Origin: an uncultured Bacteroidales bacterium
Lineage (GTDB): Bacteria > Bacteroidota > Bacteroidia > Bacteroidales > P3
Length of the DNA stretch: 64,000 bases
Assembly: GCA_910578275.1 (NCBI GenBank)
Contig: CAJTPR010000005.1
Coordinates: 109,030-173,029, forward strand
Direction: 5' to 3'
This document shows positions 20,356 to 29,754 of this stretch, in pieces. The translations under genes and the position numbers were made by a program. Each line of letters begins with the position of its first letter. The first letter of the stretch is position 1. The notes under the pieces were generated by a model. It was not told the DNA's origin and searched no databases. It was given only the letters and a program-made list of their open reading frames with translations.

Positions 20356-21614
20356 TGGAAAATACGGGACATGCCTGGTTGCCTCTTTTGTTTTTAGGTC
20401 TGGCCGCGGCTTTTTGTTCGTGCAAGGAAGAAATACCGATGGTCAGTCTCGGCATAGACGACCGGTACGCGGTGGCGCGCATGCAGGCCTTGGTGCTGCA
20501 TCCCCGGTTCGACGGGGATGGCTACCTCTGGACGATGCCCGACAGCGCGGGCGATGAAACCGTCGTTTCCACCAGCCGCGACTTCGTCTTTTGCAAGGCG
20601 GTGCCGGGCGAATACGACCTTCGCTTGCGAATAGAAGACAAGACGAATCCTTACGTGCACGACGTGCATATCGTCGTGTGGGAGGAAGAAGTGGCTTACA
20701 GCCGCTATATCGCCAAGGTGTACGAATATTGTCCGGCGCCGGGGCAGTTCGTGAACGTGATGCCCGAATACGAGCCGGGAAACACCTATGCCGACATGCT
20801 CGAAAAGGCGGAAGAATCCATTTCGGGCACGAACGACGGGATGGTCTCGCTGGGGGCTTTCGGCGGTTACATCACTTTCGGCTTCGACCACAGCGTGGTG
20901 AACGTGCCGGGCGAATACGACTTCAAGATACTGGGCAATGCGTTTTATGCTTCCGAAACGCCGGATCCCGACGACCCGTATTCGGGCGGAAGCGCCGAGC
21001 CGGGCATCGTCATGGTCTCGTTCGACCGGAATGGCAACGGCATTCCGGACGACGAGTGGTACGAGTTGGCGGGTAGCGAATACTACAAGCCGCAGACCAA
21101 GCATGGCTATCGGATAACCTATCATCGTCCCGATCCGCTCAAACCCGCCACACCCGACGAGCGGAATCCCTCCGTCACGGATACTTCCTATATCCGCTTT
21201 ACGGACAACGAGGGCGGCACGGGGCATGTCGCCAAGGTCGTTTTTTACAATCAGGAATATTTTCCGTGCTGGGTGAACGAGGCAAGCCTCACGTTCGGCG
21301 GCACCAAATTGGCGGACAATGCCGTGGATGAGAGCGGAAACGGCAGTGGCTACGTGCAGCATGCCTACGACTGGGGCTATGTGGACAATCATCCCAACGG
21401 AGTGCGGGACAAGTCCAGTTTCGATATCGGTTGGGCGGTAGACGGGAACGGCTACCCCGTGGATCTTCCTTGCATCGATTTCGTGCGCGTATATACGGGT
21501 GTGAGCCAGTCTTGCGGTTGGCTGGGAGAAATATCCACCGAGGTATCGCGGGCGGAAGACTTGCATGTGGAAGAACGATTACGGGACGGACGGATGAAAA
21601 ACGACGAACGATGA
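20352..21614 (+). CDS. Hypothetical cell-surface lipoprotein of the B12 locus
   Basis: The start MMENTGHAWLPLLFLGLAAAFCSC (lipobox) overlaps the previous stop by ATGA. An Ig/PKD-like N-terminal module (EYDLRLRIEDKTNPYVHDVHIVVWEEE) is followed by a YCPAPGQFVN-containing domain. I do not recognise the family. Confidence 0.6.
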   Translation: MMENTGHAWLPLLFLGLAAAFCSCKEEIPMVSLGIDDRYAVARMQALVLHPRFDGDGYLWTMPDSAGDETVVSTSRDFVFCKAVPGEYDLRLRIEDKTNPYVHDVHIVVWEEEVAYSRYIAKVYEYCPAPGQFVNVMPEYEPGNTYADMLEKAEESISGTNDGMVSLGAFGGYITFGFDHSVVNVPGEYDFKILGNAFYASETPDPDDPYSGGSAEPGIVMVSFDRNGNGIPDDEWYELAGSEYYKPQTKHGYRITYHRPDPLKPATPDERNPSVTDTSYIRFTDNEGGTGHVAKVVFYNQEYFPCWVNEASLTFGGTKLADNAVDESGNGSGYVQHAYDWGYVDNHPNGVRDKSSFDIGWAVDGNGYPVDLPCIDFVRVYTGVSQSCGWLGEISTEVSRAEDLHVEERLRDGRMKNDER

Positions 21615-23071
21615 AGAAATCATTCTTTACGACGTGTCTTGTCACGTTGCTTGCCGCCGGAGGCCTTCATGCGGGGGAACCGGACTACGCCGAGGGCGTC
21701 TTCTTTCTCAACGAGGGCTGGCTGGGGCACCAGAACGGAACGATAAACCATTTGTCACAGGACGGGCGTTGGAACTATCGGGTTTTCCAACAGGAGAATC
21801 CGGGCATGGAGTTGGGATGTACCGCCACGTACGGCACCGTCTTCAAAGGCCGGATGTACATCATTTCCAAGCAGGCGCGCGATTTCGGCTCGTCGGTGAC
21901 GGGCGGGCGTATCACCGTGTGCGATGCCGTCACTATGAAATGTATCAGGCAGATAGGGAACATAGCCACCGATTCGGCCGGCCGGTCGATAGCCGACGGG
22001 CGCGCCTTTACGGGTATCGATTCCTGCAAAGGCTACGTATCTACCAGCAACGGTATCTATGTCATGGATCTCGGGACATTGGAGGTGGAAGGGCTCGTTG
22101 CCGGCAGCGGCGGCGCGGGAGGCTTGTATTCCGACCAGTGCGGCACGATGTTGCATTACGGCGATCGGGTCTTCGCCTTGCATCAGAAGAAAGGCCTGCT
22201 GGTCATTGATGCCGGAAACGACACGGTCGTGCACGTGATAGGTGCTCCCGTGGAAAGAACGCCGGACGGAAAGACGGTACGGCGGGGCTTCGGCTCCATC
22301 GTGCAGGCCAAGGACGGCAGCATGTGGTTGAGCGTGACCGGCGACGTGACGGGAAGCGGAAACACGGTAGACTATTTCTTCCGTTTCGATCCTGACAACC
22401 TTGACACGACGCGGATAAGCCTGCCTGCCGGTTACGGATTGCCCAATTCATGGTATTCCTGGACGGCGGATGCCTTTTGCGCCTCGGCCGTGCAGAACAG
22501 GCTGTATTGGAAGAAGCAAGGAGAGAACCGTTACAAGAGCAGCGTGATTTGCTGCTATGACATCGACAAGGGCGAATGCCGCGATATTTTTGACGCCAAG
22601 GACATGGGATGGTACATGTATTGCGGCGCGGGCTTCCGTCTGCATCCTCGCACGGACGAGATCTACGTTTCGCTCTATCAGGACAATCTCAAGCAGGCCT
22701 ACGAGACCTTGCGCCTGAGTGCCGACGGGGAATTGCTGGAAACCTATGAGATGGCGGCCAATTGCTGGTTCCCGGCCATGCCGGTATTCCCGGACGGGCA
22801 GCATCCGGACACGCCCGACGATCCCGTGGCCGGTGAGGCCTGCAAGCCCTCGTCCCTCCTGCATGTTTATCCGAACCCGACCGTGGATGCGGTGAACGTG
22901 GACGTTTCCGGACCGGCTTTCTTGGAAGTGCTGGCCGTCGACGGTCGCCGGATCTTTGGCAAGGAAGTCGGTGCGGGCGTGCAAGAAGTGAGACTCGGAC
23001 GCTCCGGTGTCTATTTCGTCCGCGTGTCGGCAAACGGAGGTGTGGCCGTGAAACGGGTCATAAGACGATAA
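21611..23071 (+). CDS. Secreted DUF5074/YncE-like beta-propeller paralog with a T9SS C-terminal sorting domain
   Basis: ATGA overlap with the upstream gene. Non-lipoprotein signal peptide MKKSFFTTCLVTLLAAGGLHAG, then FFLNEGWLGHQNGTINHL. The C-terminus LHVYPNPTVDAVNVDVSG...GVYFVRVSANGGVAVKRVIRR is T9SS CTD-like. Confidence 0.65.
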   Translation: MKKSFFTTCLVTLLAAGGLHAGEPDYAEGVFFLNEGWLGHQNGTINHLSQDGRWNYRVFQQENPGMELGCTATYGTVFKGRMYIISKQARDFGSSVTGGRITVCDAVTMKCIRQIGNIATDSAGRSIADGRAFTGIDSCKGYVSTSNGIYVMDLGTLEVEGLVAGSGGAGGLYSDQCGTMLHYGDRVFALHQKKGLLVIDAGNDTVVHVIGAPVERTPDGKTVRRGFGSIVQAKDGSMWLSVTGDVTGSGNTVDYFFRFDPDNLDTTRISLPAGYGLPNSWYSWTADAFCASAVQNRLYWKKQGENRYKSSVICCYDIDKGECRDIFDAKDMGWYMYCGAGFRLHPRTDEIYVSLYQDNLKQAYETLRLSADGELLETYEMAANCWFPAMPVFPDGQHPDTPDDPVAGEACKPSSLLHVYPNPTVDAVNVDVSGPAFLEVLAVDGRRIFGKEVGAGVQEVRLGRSGVYFVRVSANGGVAVKRVIRR

Positions 23072-23100
23072 ATCGAAAAACAATAAAAATCATCAGAATC

Positions 23101-24255
23101 ATGAAAAAGATCATTTTTTGCGGATGGCTCATGGTGTATATGCTCATGAGCGTGACGGCCCAGGATTCCGCGTTCTCGTTCGAGGACGTCAAGACCTGGG
23201 TGGGAGAAGGTTCCAATCGCGCCGTCTTGGTGGTTGACTGGAACAGTGAAAAGAAGGAGCAAGCCTTGGTATGGGGTTTCCGCTGGAACGGCGAGGCCAC
23301 CGGCTACGACATGCTGGCCGCCGTGGCCAAGGAAGATCCGCGTTTTGTGCTGTTGGCCGAAGAAAGCATCTACGGCAATACGGTGGCGGGTCTCGGTTTC
23401 AATCCCCGTTCGCCCTATCAGACCAAGTTGATATACGACAGGAACGGCGAAGCTGTCGGATACACGCCGGCAGACGGTGTGGTGATGGCCGATTCCAACG
23501 ATTACGGGAATTGGTCGTGTTCCGATACGGCGGCCTTGTGGCAAGCGGAGCACTGGACCGTGGGCTACTGGTCTTATTATGTCAAGGATCAGGCCGAGGA
23601 TGACTTCGGTTATGCCAGCACGGGCGCGACAGGACGTCAATTGACGGATGGTTGCGTGGACGGTTATTCCTTTGCCCTCGTTTCCGATACGACCACGGGC
23701 GGGGTTCCGCGCATGCCCTACGAATTTGTCTTGCCGTATGCGGATACGATGATAGCCGTCACGGGCGTAAGTCTCGACAAGCAGGCGGCCGAACTGACGG
23801 TGGGTGCCGGGCCCTTGCAATTGACGGCGACCGTGACGCCGGCCCAGGCCGTGAACAAGGACGTCGTTTGGCTTTCCACCGACCAGGCCGTGGCGACGGT
23901 GAGCGCGGGCGGCCTGGTGACACCCGTTTCGGCCGGTGAGGCCAGGATCGTCGTCAAGACCGTGGACGGCGGCTTTGCCGACACTTGCGTGGTGAGGGTG
24001 AAGGAAAATGTGGCGAACGAATCCGGTTTGCCGGTCGTCCTGGGACGGATTTATCCGAATCCGGCCGTCGAGGTGGCGAACGTGGAGGTTTGCCGCGATG
24101 CCGTACTCGAAGTATTCGACCTGAACGGCCGCACGGTTTTCCGCAAGCAGGTTTCCGCCGGCATCCAGACAATCGCGCTCGACAAGAGCGGCGTTTACCT
24201 TGTCCGTGTATCGGCCGGCGACCGGGTTTACGTGAAGCGTCTGGTGAAGCGATAG
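23101..24255 (+). CDS. Secreted protein with a Big_2 (bacterial Ig-like) domain and a T9SS C-terminal sorting domain
   Basis: Signal peptide ...MLMSVTAQ. Big_2-like VTGVSLDKQAAELTVGAGPLQLTATVTPAQAVNKDVVWLSTDQAVATVSAGGLVTPVSAGEARIVV. C-terminus IYPNPAVEVANVEV...GVYLVRVSAGDRVYVKRLVKR. Confidence 0.65.
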   Translation: MKKIIFCGWLMVYMLMSVTAQDSAFSFEDVKTWVGEGSNRAVLVVDWNSEKKEQALVWGFRWNGEATGYDMLAAVAKEDPRFVLLAEESIYGNTVAGLGFNPRSPYQTKLIYDRNGEAVGYTPADGVVMADSNDYGNWSCSDTAALWQAEHWTVGYWSYYVKDQAEDDFGYASTGATGRQLTDGCVDGYSFALVSDTTTGGVPRMPYEFVLPYADTMIAVTGVSLDKQAAELTVGAGPLQLTATVTPAQAVNKDVVWLSTDQAVATVSAGGLVTPVSAGEARIVVKTVDGGFADTCVVRVKENVANESGLPVVLGRIYPNPAVEVANVEVCRDAVLEVFDLNGRTVFRKQVSAGIQTIALDKSGVYLVRVSAGDRVYVKRLVKR

Positions 24256-24289
24256 GGTTTCCGCAAGTCCGTTTTATGTTTTTTCCTTC

Positions 24290-24320
24290 GGGCGGTCCTG
24301 GACGGGCCGCCCTTTTTTTT
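24290..24320 (+). terminator. Rho-independent terminator closing the B12 locus
   Basis: 9-bp GC-rich stem GGGCGGTCC/GGGCCGCCC with a 5-nt loop, followed by T8. Confidence 0.8.
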
Positions 24321-24323
24321 GCG

Positions 24324-24331
24324 TACCTTTG
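24324..24331 (+). promoter_or_regulatory. -7 promoter box (TACCTTTG)
   Basis: Perfect TAnnTTTG, 35 nt before the ATG at 24366. Confidence 0.45.
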
Positions 24332-24365
24332 CGCCGACAGAAGAAATCCCAAAACCTTCAAGCCG

Positions 24366-25229
24366 ATGAAAACCCTCAAATCCGTTTTTCTTGCCGTTTC
24401 GTTATTGCTTGTTTCCTCATCCGTCCGGGCGTTGGTGCCTCCGCAGTTCGTCGATGAACTTTTCGAAGTGAATCCCGGCACGCGGCCTTCGCGCATCATC
24501 CTCAAGTATTTCCAGCCTGTGGACAAGGGTTTCAAGGTGGAAATAGGCGAACAGGTGAACAGCGTCCTGGTGCTGGACTTGAAAGACACCCGCCCCTCGA
24601 CCTATTGGGAATACGGCCTCGACGGTCACCTGAAAGAAAAGTATGAATTGGAATACAATGAAAACGGTCTGCTTTCGACGGTCTCCAAAAAAGACAAGAA
24701 CCAGAATCCCCAGCTTCATGTGCAGTACATCTATTCCAATCCCAAGAACGAAAAGACGCTGAAGGAAAAAAGGGTCTATAACTCGACGAACATGAAAGTG
24801 GTCCGCACCGAGGTCTTTTTGCGTGACAAGCAGGGGCGCGTTTCGACGAAGCGATATTTGGACGAGGCCGGCCATGAGATGTATTCCGATACTTACGCCT
24901 ACAATTCCGACGGTTGGGTGGAAGACGAGTTGCGCAAGGATGCCTCGGGCAACAAGCGCAGCGAGACCGAGACTTCCTACGACGAGGAGGGCAGGGTCAT
25001 TTCCGAAATCGTGTACAACAGTCAAGGAAAGATGATAGCGCAAACCAAATATTCCTATAACGTGAAAGGGTTGCCAGACAATATCATTACCACCACCACG
25101 GAAGTGAAGGCCGAACGTTATACGGTCGAGTACACTTATGACGAACGGGGAAACTGGATACAGCAAATCATCTACAAGGGCGTGGGGCATATGCCCGAGA
25201 CCATTCTGGTCCGCTTGCTGACCTATTAG
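24366..25229 (+). CDS. Hypothetical secreted protein with YD/RHS-like short repeats
   Basis: Signal peptide MKTLKSVFLAVSLLLVSSSVRA, then repeated Y-x-Y-N-x-x-G-like units (YELEYNENGLL, YAYNSDGWV, SYDEEGRV, YTYDERGNW). The 5' part of the track ORF (23985-24365) was rejected. Confidence 0.55.
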   Translation: MKTLKSVFLAVSLLLVSSSVRALVPPQFVDELFEVNPGTRPSRIILKYFQPVDKGFKVEIGEQVNSVLVLDLKDTRPSTYWEYGLDGHLKEKYELEYNENGLLSTVSKKDKNQNPQLHVQYIYSNPKNEKTLKEKRVYNSTNMKVVRTEVFLRDKQGRVSTKRYLDEAGHEMYSDTYAYNSDGWVEDELRKDASGNKRSETETSYDEEGRVISEIVYNSQGKMIAQTKYSYNVKGLPDNIITTTTEVKAERYTVEYTYDERGNWIQQIIYKGVGHMPETILVRLLTY

Positions 25230-25960
25230 CGCGCCGGCCCTGATTCCACGCTCAGATAGGGTGCGATGCGCGCAAACGTGCCGCTGTCGATGAGGTTCAC
25301 GCACCGCACGTCGTCCACCTCCGTGAAACGGCCGTGCCTTTGCCTGTGCAGGTAGATTTCCTTGGCTTGATAGTAGTCGAGATAGGGGTGTTTCTTCAGC
25401 GTCTTGATGTCGGCTTCATTGATGTCGATTTGCCGTAATTCCTTCTTTTTGATGTACACGTGCGCCTTGATGCTTTCCGACAACGACGAATCGATGCCCC
25501 ATACCTCGCGCAGTTGTCCTAAGCGGATGAACCCGCCCAGCATTTCCCTATAGTTCACGATGCGTCGGGCGAAAGCCGGGCCGATGCCGCGTATTTCCTG
25601 CAAGTCGAACGTGTCGGCCATGTTCAGGTCTACCGTGAATTTCCTTTTTACCATATAGTGTGGCGGGACATAGTCGCTTTTTTGCCGCTTGCCGTCTTGT
25701 CCCTCGCAGGGACGATCCGTGATGCCGGAGAGTGCCGACGGACGCAGGAAGGCCGTCTCTTCCACGGACGTCGCCCATTCCCGGGCAGGCTTGCCTGGAA
25801 CATGGGCGCGCAGGAACAACGTAAGGGCGATAAGCCCCGACAGGATGCCGATGGCGCGGCGGTCGCTTTTGCTGAACGCGAAACGATACGATACGCGGGC
25901 CGCTTGCGTGTGAAGCCGCTCGAGAATGACGACCAGCAGGTTTTTGAGGTTTGTTTTCAT
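25226..25960 (-). CDS. ComEA-like helix-hairpin-helix DNA-binding protein
   Basis: Two HhH units (DLQEIRGIGPAFARRIVNYRE; DINEADIKTLKKHPYLDYYQAKEI). I prefer the start MKTNLKNLL at 25960, which places FSKSDRRAIGIL near the N-terminus as in homologs. The track ORF extends to 26089, so the start is uncertain. Confidence 0.65.
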   Translation of the reverse strand: MKTNLKNLLVVILERLHTQAARVSYRFAFSKSDRRAIGILSGLIALTLFLRAHVPGKPAREWATSVEETAFLRPSALSGITDRPCEGQDGKRQKSDYVPPHYMVKRKFTVDLNMADTFDLQEIRGIGPAFARRIVNYREMLGGFIRLGQLREVWGIDSSLSESIKAHVYIKKKELRQIDINEADIKTLKKHPYLDYYQAKEIYLHRQRHGRFTEVDDVRCVNLIDSGTFARIAPYLSVESGPAR

Positions 25961-26071
25961 CGGATGTCTTGCCGAATGTAACGGGCGTGCCTTTATATGA
26001 TAATCCCCGAACCGGGTTTTGACGAAGCCCTCGTGTCGTCTTTTTTTTGTTTTTGCTTCTAAACTCTTTGC

Positions 26072-26079
26072 TATCTTTG
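26072..26079 (+). promoter_or_regulatory. -7 promoter box (TATCTTTG)
   Basis: Perfect TAnnTTTG, 28 nt before the ATG at 26107. Confidence 0.45.
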
Positions 26080-26106
26080 TTTTCTTCAAACAAAAAAAAT
26101 ATTTTC

Positions 26107-27252
26107 ATGCACCAGTTCAAATTTTATAATCCGGTGAAGATCCTGTTCGGACCCGGTCAGATCGCCAACGTGGCCGCCAACATACCTCAGGGCTCGAAGG
26201 TCATGCTTGTCTATGGAGGAGGCAGCATCAAGAAGAACGGCATCTACGCCCAGGTGACGCAAGCCCTTTCCGGCTTCGAATACGTGGAATTTCCGGGTGT
26301 CGAGGCGAATCCCAAGTACGAGACCTTGATGAAGGCCGTGGAACTGGTCCGCAAGGAAAAGGTGGATTTCCTGTTGGCCGTGGGCGGAGGTTCGGTCATC
26401 GACGGAACGAAGTTCATCGCCGCCGCCACCTATTTCGAAGGCGAGGATCCCTATGTCATTTGCACCGAGAGGGCCAGGATCGGCAAGGCCTTGCCCTTGG
26501 CGTCGGTGCTCACGATGCCGGCCACCGGTTCGGAGATGAATTGCGGCGGTGTCATCAGCCGTCTTTCCACACAAGAGAAATTCGCCTTTTCGAGCCCCTT
26601 GCTCTTTCCGCGTTTTTCGGTGTTGGATCCTTCGGTGACGAAGACCATACCGCCTCGTCAGCGCGGCAACGGCGTGGTGGACGCCTTTGTCCATGTGACC
26701 GAGCAATACCTTACCTGTCCGGCGCATGGCGACATACAGGATCGTTTCTCGGAAGCCATCCTGCATGTGTTGCTGGATAACGGGGATGCTTACGTGAACG
26801 ATCCCGGCGACATGGATGCCGCTTCCAATATCATGTGGGCATGCACCATGGCCTTGAACGGCCTTATCGCCGCCGGAGTTCCGGAAGATTGGTCTACCCA
26901 TCGCATTGGTCATGAAATCACGGCTTTGGCGGGTCTGGATCATGGACAGACCTTGGCCGTCGTCTGGCCCGGCGTGCAGCGCGAAATGGCATCGGGCAAG
27001 CACGAAAAGCAGAAGCAGTATGCCGCGCGTGTCTGGAATACCGCCGACGTGGAGGAAGCCTTGGCCAAGACCGAAGACTTTTTCCGCCGGATGGGCGTGG
27101 GAACCCGTTTTTCCGATTATCCGCAAGTGCAGGATCCCCAAGGTCTCATCGACGCGATCGTGGAACGTTTCAAGGTGCGGGAGACGTTGCTGGGGGAAAA
27201 TGCCGACATCGATTACCGCAAGACGCGCGCTATCCTGGAATCCCGCAAATAG
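26107..27252 (+). CDS. Iron-containing (group III) alcohol dehydrogenase, YqhD/BdhA-like
   Basis: MHQFKFYNPVKILFGPGQI..., GGGSVIDGTKFIA, and the His-rich metal site (HRIGHEITALAGLDHGQTLA). Confidence 0.85.
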   Translation: MHQFKFYNPVKILFGPGQIANVAANIPQGSKVMLVYGGGSIKKNGIYAQVTQALSGFEYVEFPGVEANPKYETLMKAVELVRKEKVDFLLAVGGGSVIDGTKFIAAATYFEGEDPYVICTERARIGKALPLASVLTMPATGSEMNCGGVISRLSTQEKFAFSSPLLFPRFSVLDPSVTKTIPPRQRGNGVVDAFVHVTEQYLTCPAHGDIQDRFSEAILHVLLDNGDAYVNDPGDMDAASNIMWACTMALNGLIAAGVPEDWSTHRIGHEITALAGLDHGQTLAVVWPGVQREMASGKHEKQKQYAARVWNTADVEEALAKTEDFFRRMGVGTRFSDYPQVQDPQGLIDAIVERFKVRETLLGENADIDYRKTRAILESRK

Positions 27253-27279
27253 CGGGGAATCTCATAGAAAAAGGTGACG

Positions 27280-28062
27280 ATGAAAGCCGTGTTGTTGGGT
27301 TCGGGCAATGCCGCCTTCCATATCGCGCCAGCCTTGCGGGCGGCCGGCGTGGAATGGTTGCAGGTTTACAGCCGTACTTCGGCTCATGCCCGCGAAATGG
27401 CCGAACGCATAGGCGCCGCTTCCTGCACGGACTCCCTTGACGAAATAAGCAAGGAAGCCGGATTGTACTTGTTGGCCGTCAGCGACCAGGCCCTGCCCGC
27501 GATAGCCGGCCGGTTGCGGTTGCCGGGCAAGACGGTGGCGCATGTGGCCGGTTCGGTTCCCCTTTCGGCCTTGGCGCCTGTGTCGGGACATCACGGGGTG
27601 ATGTATTTTTTCCAGACGTTCAGCAAGGAAGCCTCTTCGCCCGATTTCAGGAAAATTCCCGTCTGCCTGGAAGCCTCCGACGACGTTACGGCGAATTTGC
27701 TGGAATCCTTGGCACGGCGGGTTTCGGACAAGGTTTGTTTCCTGTCTTCCGAACAGCGTGAAGTGTTGCACATAGGCGGCGTGTTCGTCAACAATTACGT
27801 CAACTTCATGTACACGGCCGCTTCCGACTTGTTCGCCGAACAGGACATGGACTTCTCGTTGCTTCATCCGCTCATGGAACAGACGCTCGAAAAGGCCCTG
27901 CGGATTCCGCCCGCCAAGGCGCAGACGGGCCCTGCCGTGCGCGGCGATAAGGAAGTGCTGTCACGCCACCTGCGACGGCTCTCACAAACCCCGCAAGGGA
28001 AAAGATACGAGGAAACGTACCGTTTGCTGGCTCATGCCATCGCGAACCGGTATGAAAAATGA
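27280..28062 (+). CDS. Rossmann-fold oxidoreductase-like protein (DUF2520-type)
   Basis: MKAVLLGSGNAAFHIAPALRAAG... with the C-terminal QTGPAVRGD motif typical of the DUF2520 family. An alternative GTG start lies at 27274. Confidence 0.6.
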   Translation: MKAVLLGSGNAAFHIAPALRAAGVEWLQVYSRTSAHAREMAERIGAASCTDSLDEISKEAGLYLLAVSDQALPAIAGRLRLPGKTVAHVAGSVPLSALAPVSGHHGVMYFFQTFSKEASSPDFRKIPVCLEASDDVTANLLESLARRVSDKVCFLSSEQREVLHIGGVFVNNYVNFMYTAASDLFAEQDMDFSLLHPLMEQTLEKALRIPPAKAQTGPAVRGDKEVLSRHLRRLSQTPQGKRYEETYRLLAHAIANRYEK

Positions 28063-28591
28063 CGAAAAGATGGCGAACTACAAGGAAAAATTACCCGGAA
28101 TCACCACGTTCATTTTTGATTACGACGGGGTGATGAGCGACGGGAAAGTCTGGATGATCGACGAGGAAACCCAGTTGCGCAATGCCGATGTCAAAGACGG
28201 CTACGCCTTGCACCATGCCTTGAAGAAAGGTTATCGGGTGGCGGTGATTTCGGGAGGGAAAAGCCGTTCCATTCATGAAAGGATGCGCTATATAGGCGTG
28301 AAGGACGTTTTCACGCAAGTGCCCTACAAAAAGGCCAAGTACGAGGAATATCTCCGGGAAAACGGGATAAAACCCGAGGAGGTGCTCTACATGGGCGACG
28401 ACATCCCCGATTACGAAGTGATGAAAATGAGCGGAGTGGCGGCTTGTCCCGCCGATGCCGTCATGGAAATCCAGGAAGTGGCCGATTACATATCCCATAA
28501 GAAAGGCGGAGAAGGTTGCGTGCGCGATGTCATCGAGCAGGTCATGCGCGTGCGCGGCGACTGGTTCGACGAGGCGAGCCTGCACTGGTGA
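28052..28591 (+). CDS. kdsC: KDO 8-phosphate phosphatase (HAD superfamily, KdsC-like)
   Basis: FIFDYDGVMSDG (DxD motif), VISGGKS, YMGDDIPDYEVM and GGEGCVRDVIEQV. The start is ambiguous between ATG 28052 (11-nt overlap with the upstream gene) and ATG 28070. Confidence 0.75.
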   Translation: MKNDEKMANYKEKLPGITTFIFDYDGVMSDGKVWMIDEETQLRNADVKDGYALHHALKKGYRVAVISGGKSRSIHERMRYIGVKDVFTQVPYKKAKYEEYLRENGIKPEEVLYMGDDIPDYEVMKMSGVAACPADAVMEIQEVADYISHKKGGEGCVRDVIEQVMRVRGDWFDEASLHW

Positions 28592-28638
28592 TTCTCGTGC
28601 ATTTTTTCCCCATCGCGCACCGGACGTTGAAAAAATTT

Positions 28639-28646
28639 TATCTTTG
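28639..28646 (+). promoter_or_regulatory. -7 promoter box (TATCTTTG)
   Basis: Perfect TAnnTTTG inside TTATCTTTGCC, upstream of the PorP/SprF gene. Confidence 0.45.
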
Positions 28647-28719
28647 CCGTCTGTGATATTGCGTAGGGCTGTATTGTTTATACGGCCAATTGTTTGATTT
28701 TTAGATAGAAAACGGATTT

Positions 28720-29730
28720 ATGCGTTGCAAGTGCGCCATACGTGGGTCGATAATGGGCTTGCTCTTGGGAGCGGGCGCATGGGGCGTTCGGGCACAGGAC
28801 TTGCATCTTTCCCAGTTGTTTTCCAATCCGCTCTATACCAATCCGGCCTTTGCCGGTACTTCCGAATGCGGACGCATTTCGGCGGCCTATCGGAACCAGT
28901 GGCCCAACGTGGGCGGCGGTTTTTCCATGGCCACCGTGTCTTACGACCAGTATTTCCGTGCCCTTCACGGAAGCATAGGCGCGTATGTGAATGCCGATTT
29001 CCAAGGCGGGGACGTCTATCGCGACATCACGGCGGCGTTCATGTATTCGTTCCGTGCCCGGCTCGGACAACGCCTTTATCTGAGCCTGGCCGTGCAGGGA
29101 GCCTACATGAACAAGTACGTGAACTGGAATTCGCTCACGTTCGCCGACCAATACGATCCTTTTACCGGCCTGATTCCGGGTCGTCCCACCGACGAGGCCT
29201 TGCCGAACACCCCGATGAACAAGCATTATGCCGACGTGGGGGCGGGTCTCATGTTGTACGGGGAATATTTCTACGTGGGATTTTCGGCGCTTCATCTCAA
29301 CCGGCCCGACATGGGCTTTACGGCTACCAGCCGCATGGACATGAAGTTCAGCGGCCAGGTGGGAGGGATGATCTATTTCAGGAAAAGTTACGGTGAACGC
29401 CACAGCGAGCGTGATTTCTCGCTTTCTCCGAACATTGTCTATACGCAGCAGGGCAAGTTCACCGAGTTCAATTACGGCTTGTACGGCAATTTCTATCCCA
29501 TCGTGGTAGGCGTATGGTTCCGTCAGAGCTTTACCAATCCCGACGCCGTCATCTTCCTGTTCGGCGGGGAGTTCAAGGGCGTAAGGCTTGCTTACAGTTA
29601 CGACCTGACCGTTTCAAAGCTCGTCAAGAGCGGAGGCAGTCATGAGATTTCGCTCGGTTTCCGTTTGCCTTGCGCGAGGAAGCACACCTACCGTCAGGAA
29701 ATCATGCCGGTGCCGTGCCCCAAGTTCTAA
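28720..29730 (+). CDS. PorP/SprF-family type IX secretion system membrane protein
   Basis: AQDLHLSQLFSNPLYTNPAFAG is the family-typical N-terminus, followed by a beta-barrel-like body ending ...HEISLGFRL. An alternative start lies at 28753. Confidence 0.75.
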   Translation: MRCKCAIRGSIMGLLLGAGAWGVRAQDLHLSQLFSNPLYTNPAFAGTSECGRISAAYRNQWPNVGGGFSMATVSYDQYFRALHGSIGAYVNADFQGGDVYRDITAAFMYSFRARLGQRLYLSLAVQGAYMNKYVNWNSLTFADQYDPFTGLIPGRPTDEALPNTPMNKHYADVGAGLMLYGEYFYVGFSALHLNRPDMGFTATSRMDMKFSGQVGGMIYFRKSYGERHSERDFSLSPNIVYTQQGKFTEFNYGLYGNFYPIVVGVWFRQSFTNPDAVIFLFGGEFKGVRLAYSYDLTVSKLVKSGGSHEISLGFRLPCARKHTYRQEIMPVPCPKF

Positions 29731-29754
29731 GTTGATATTGTGGCGGAAAAACTT

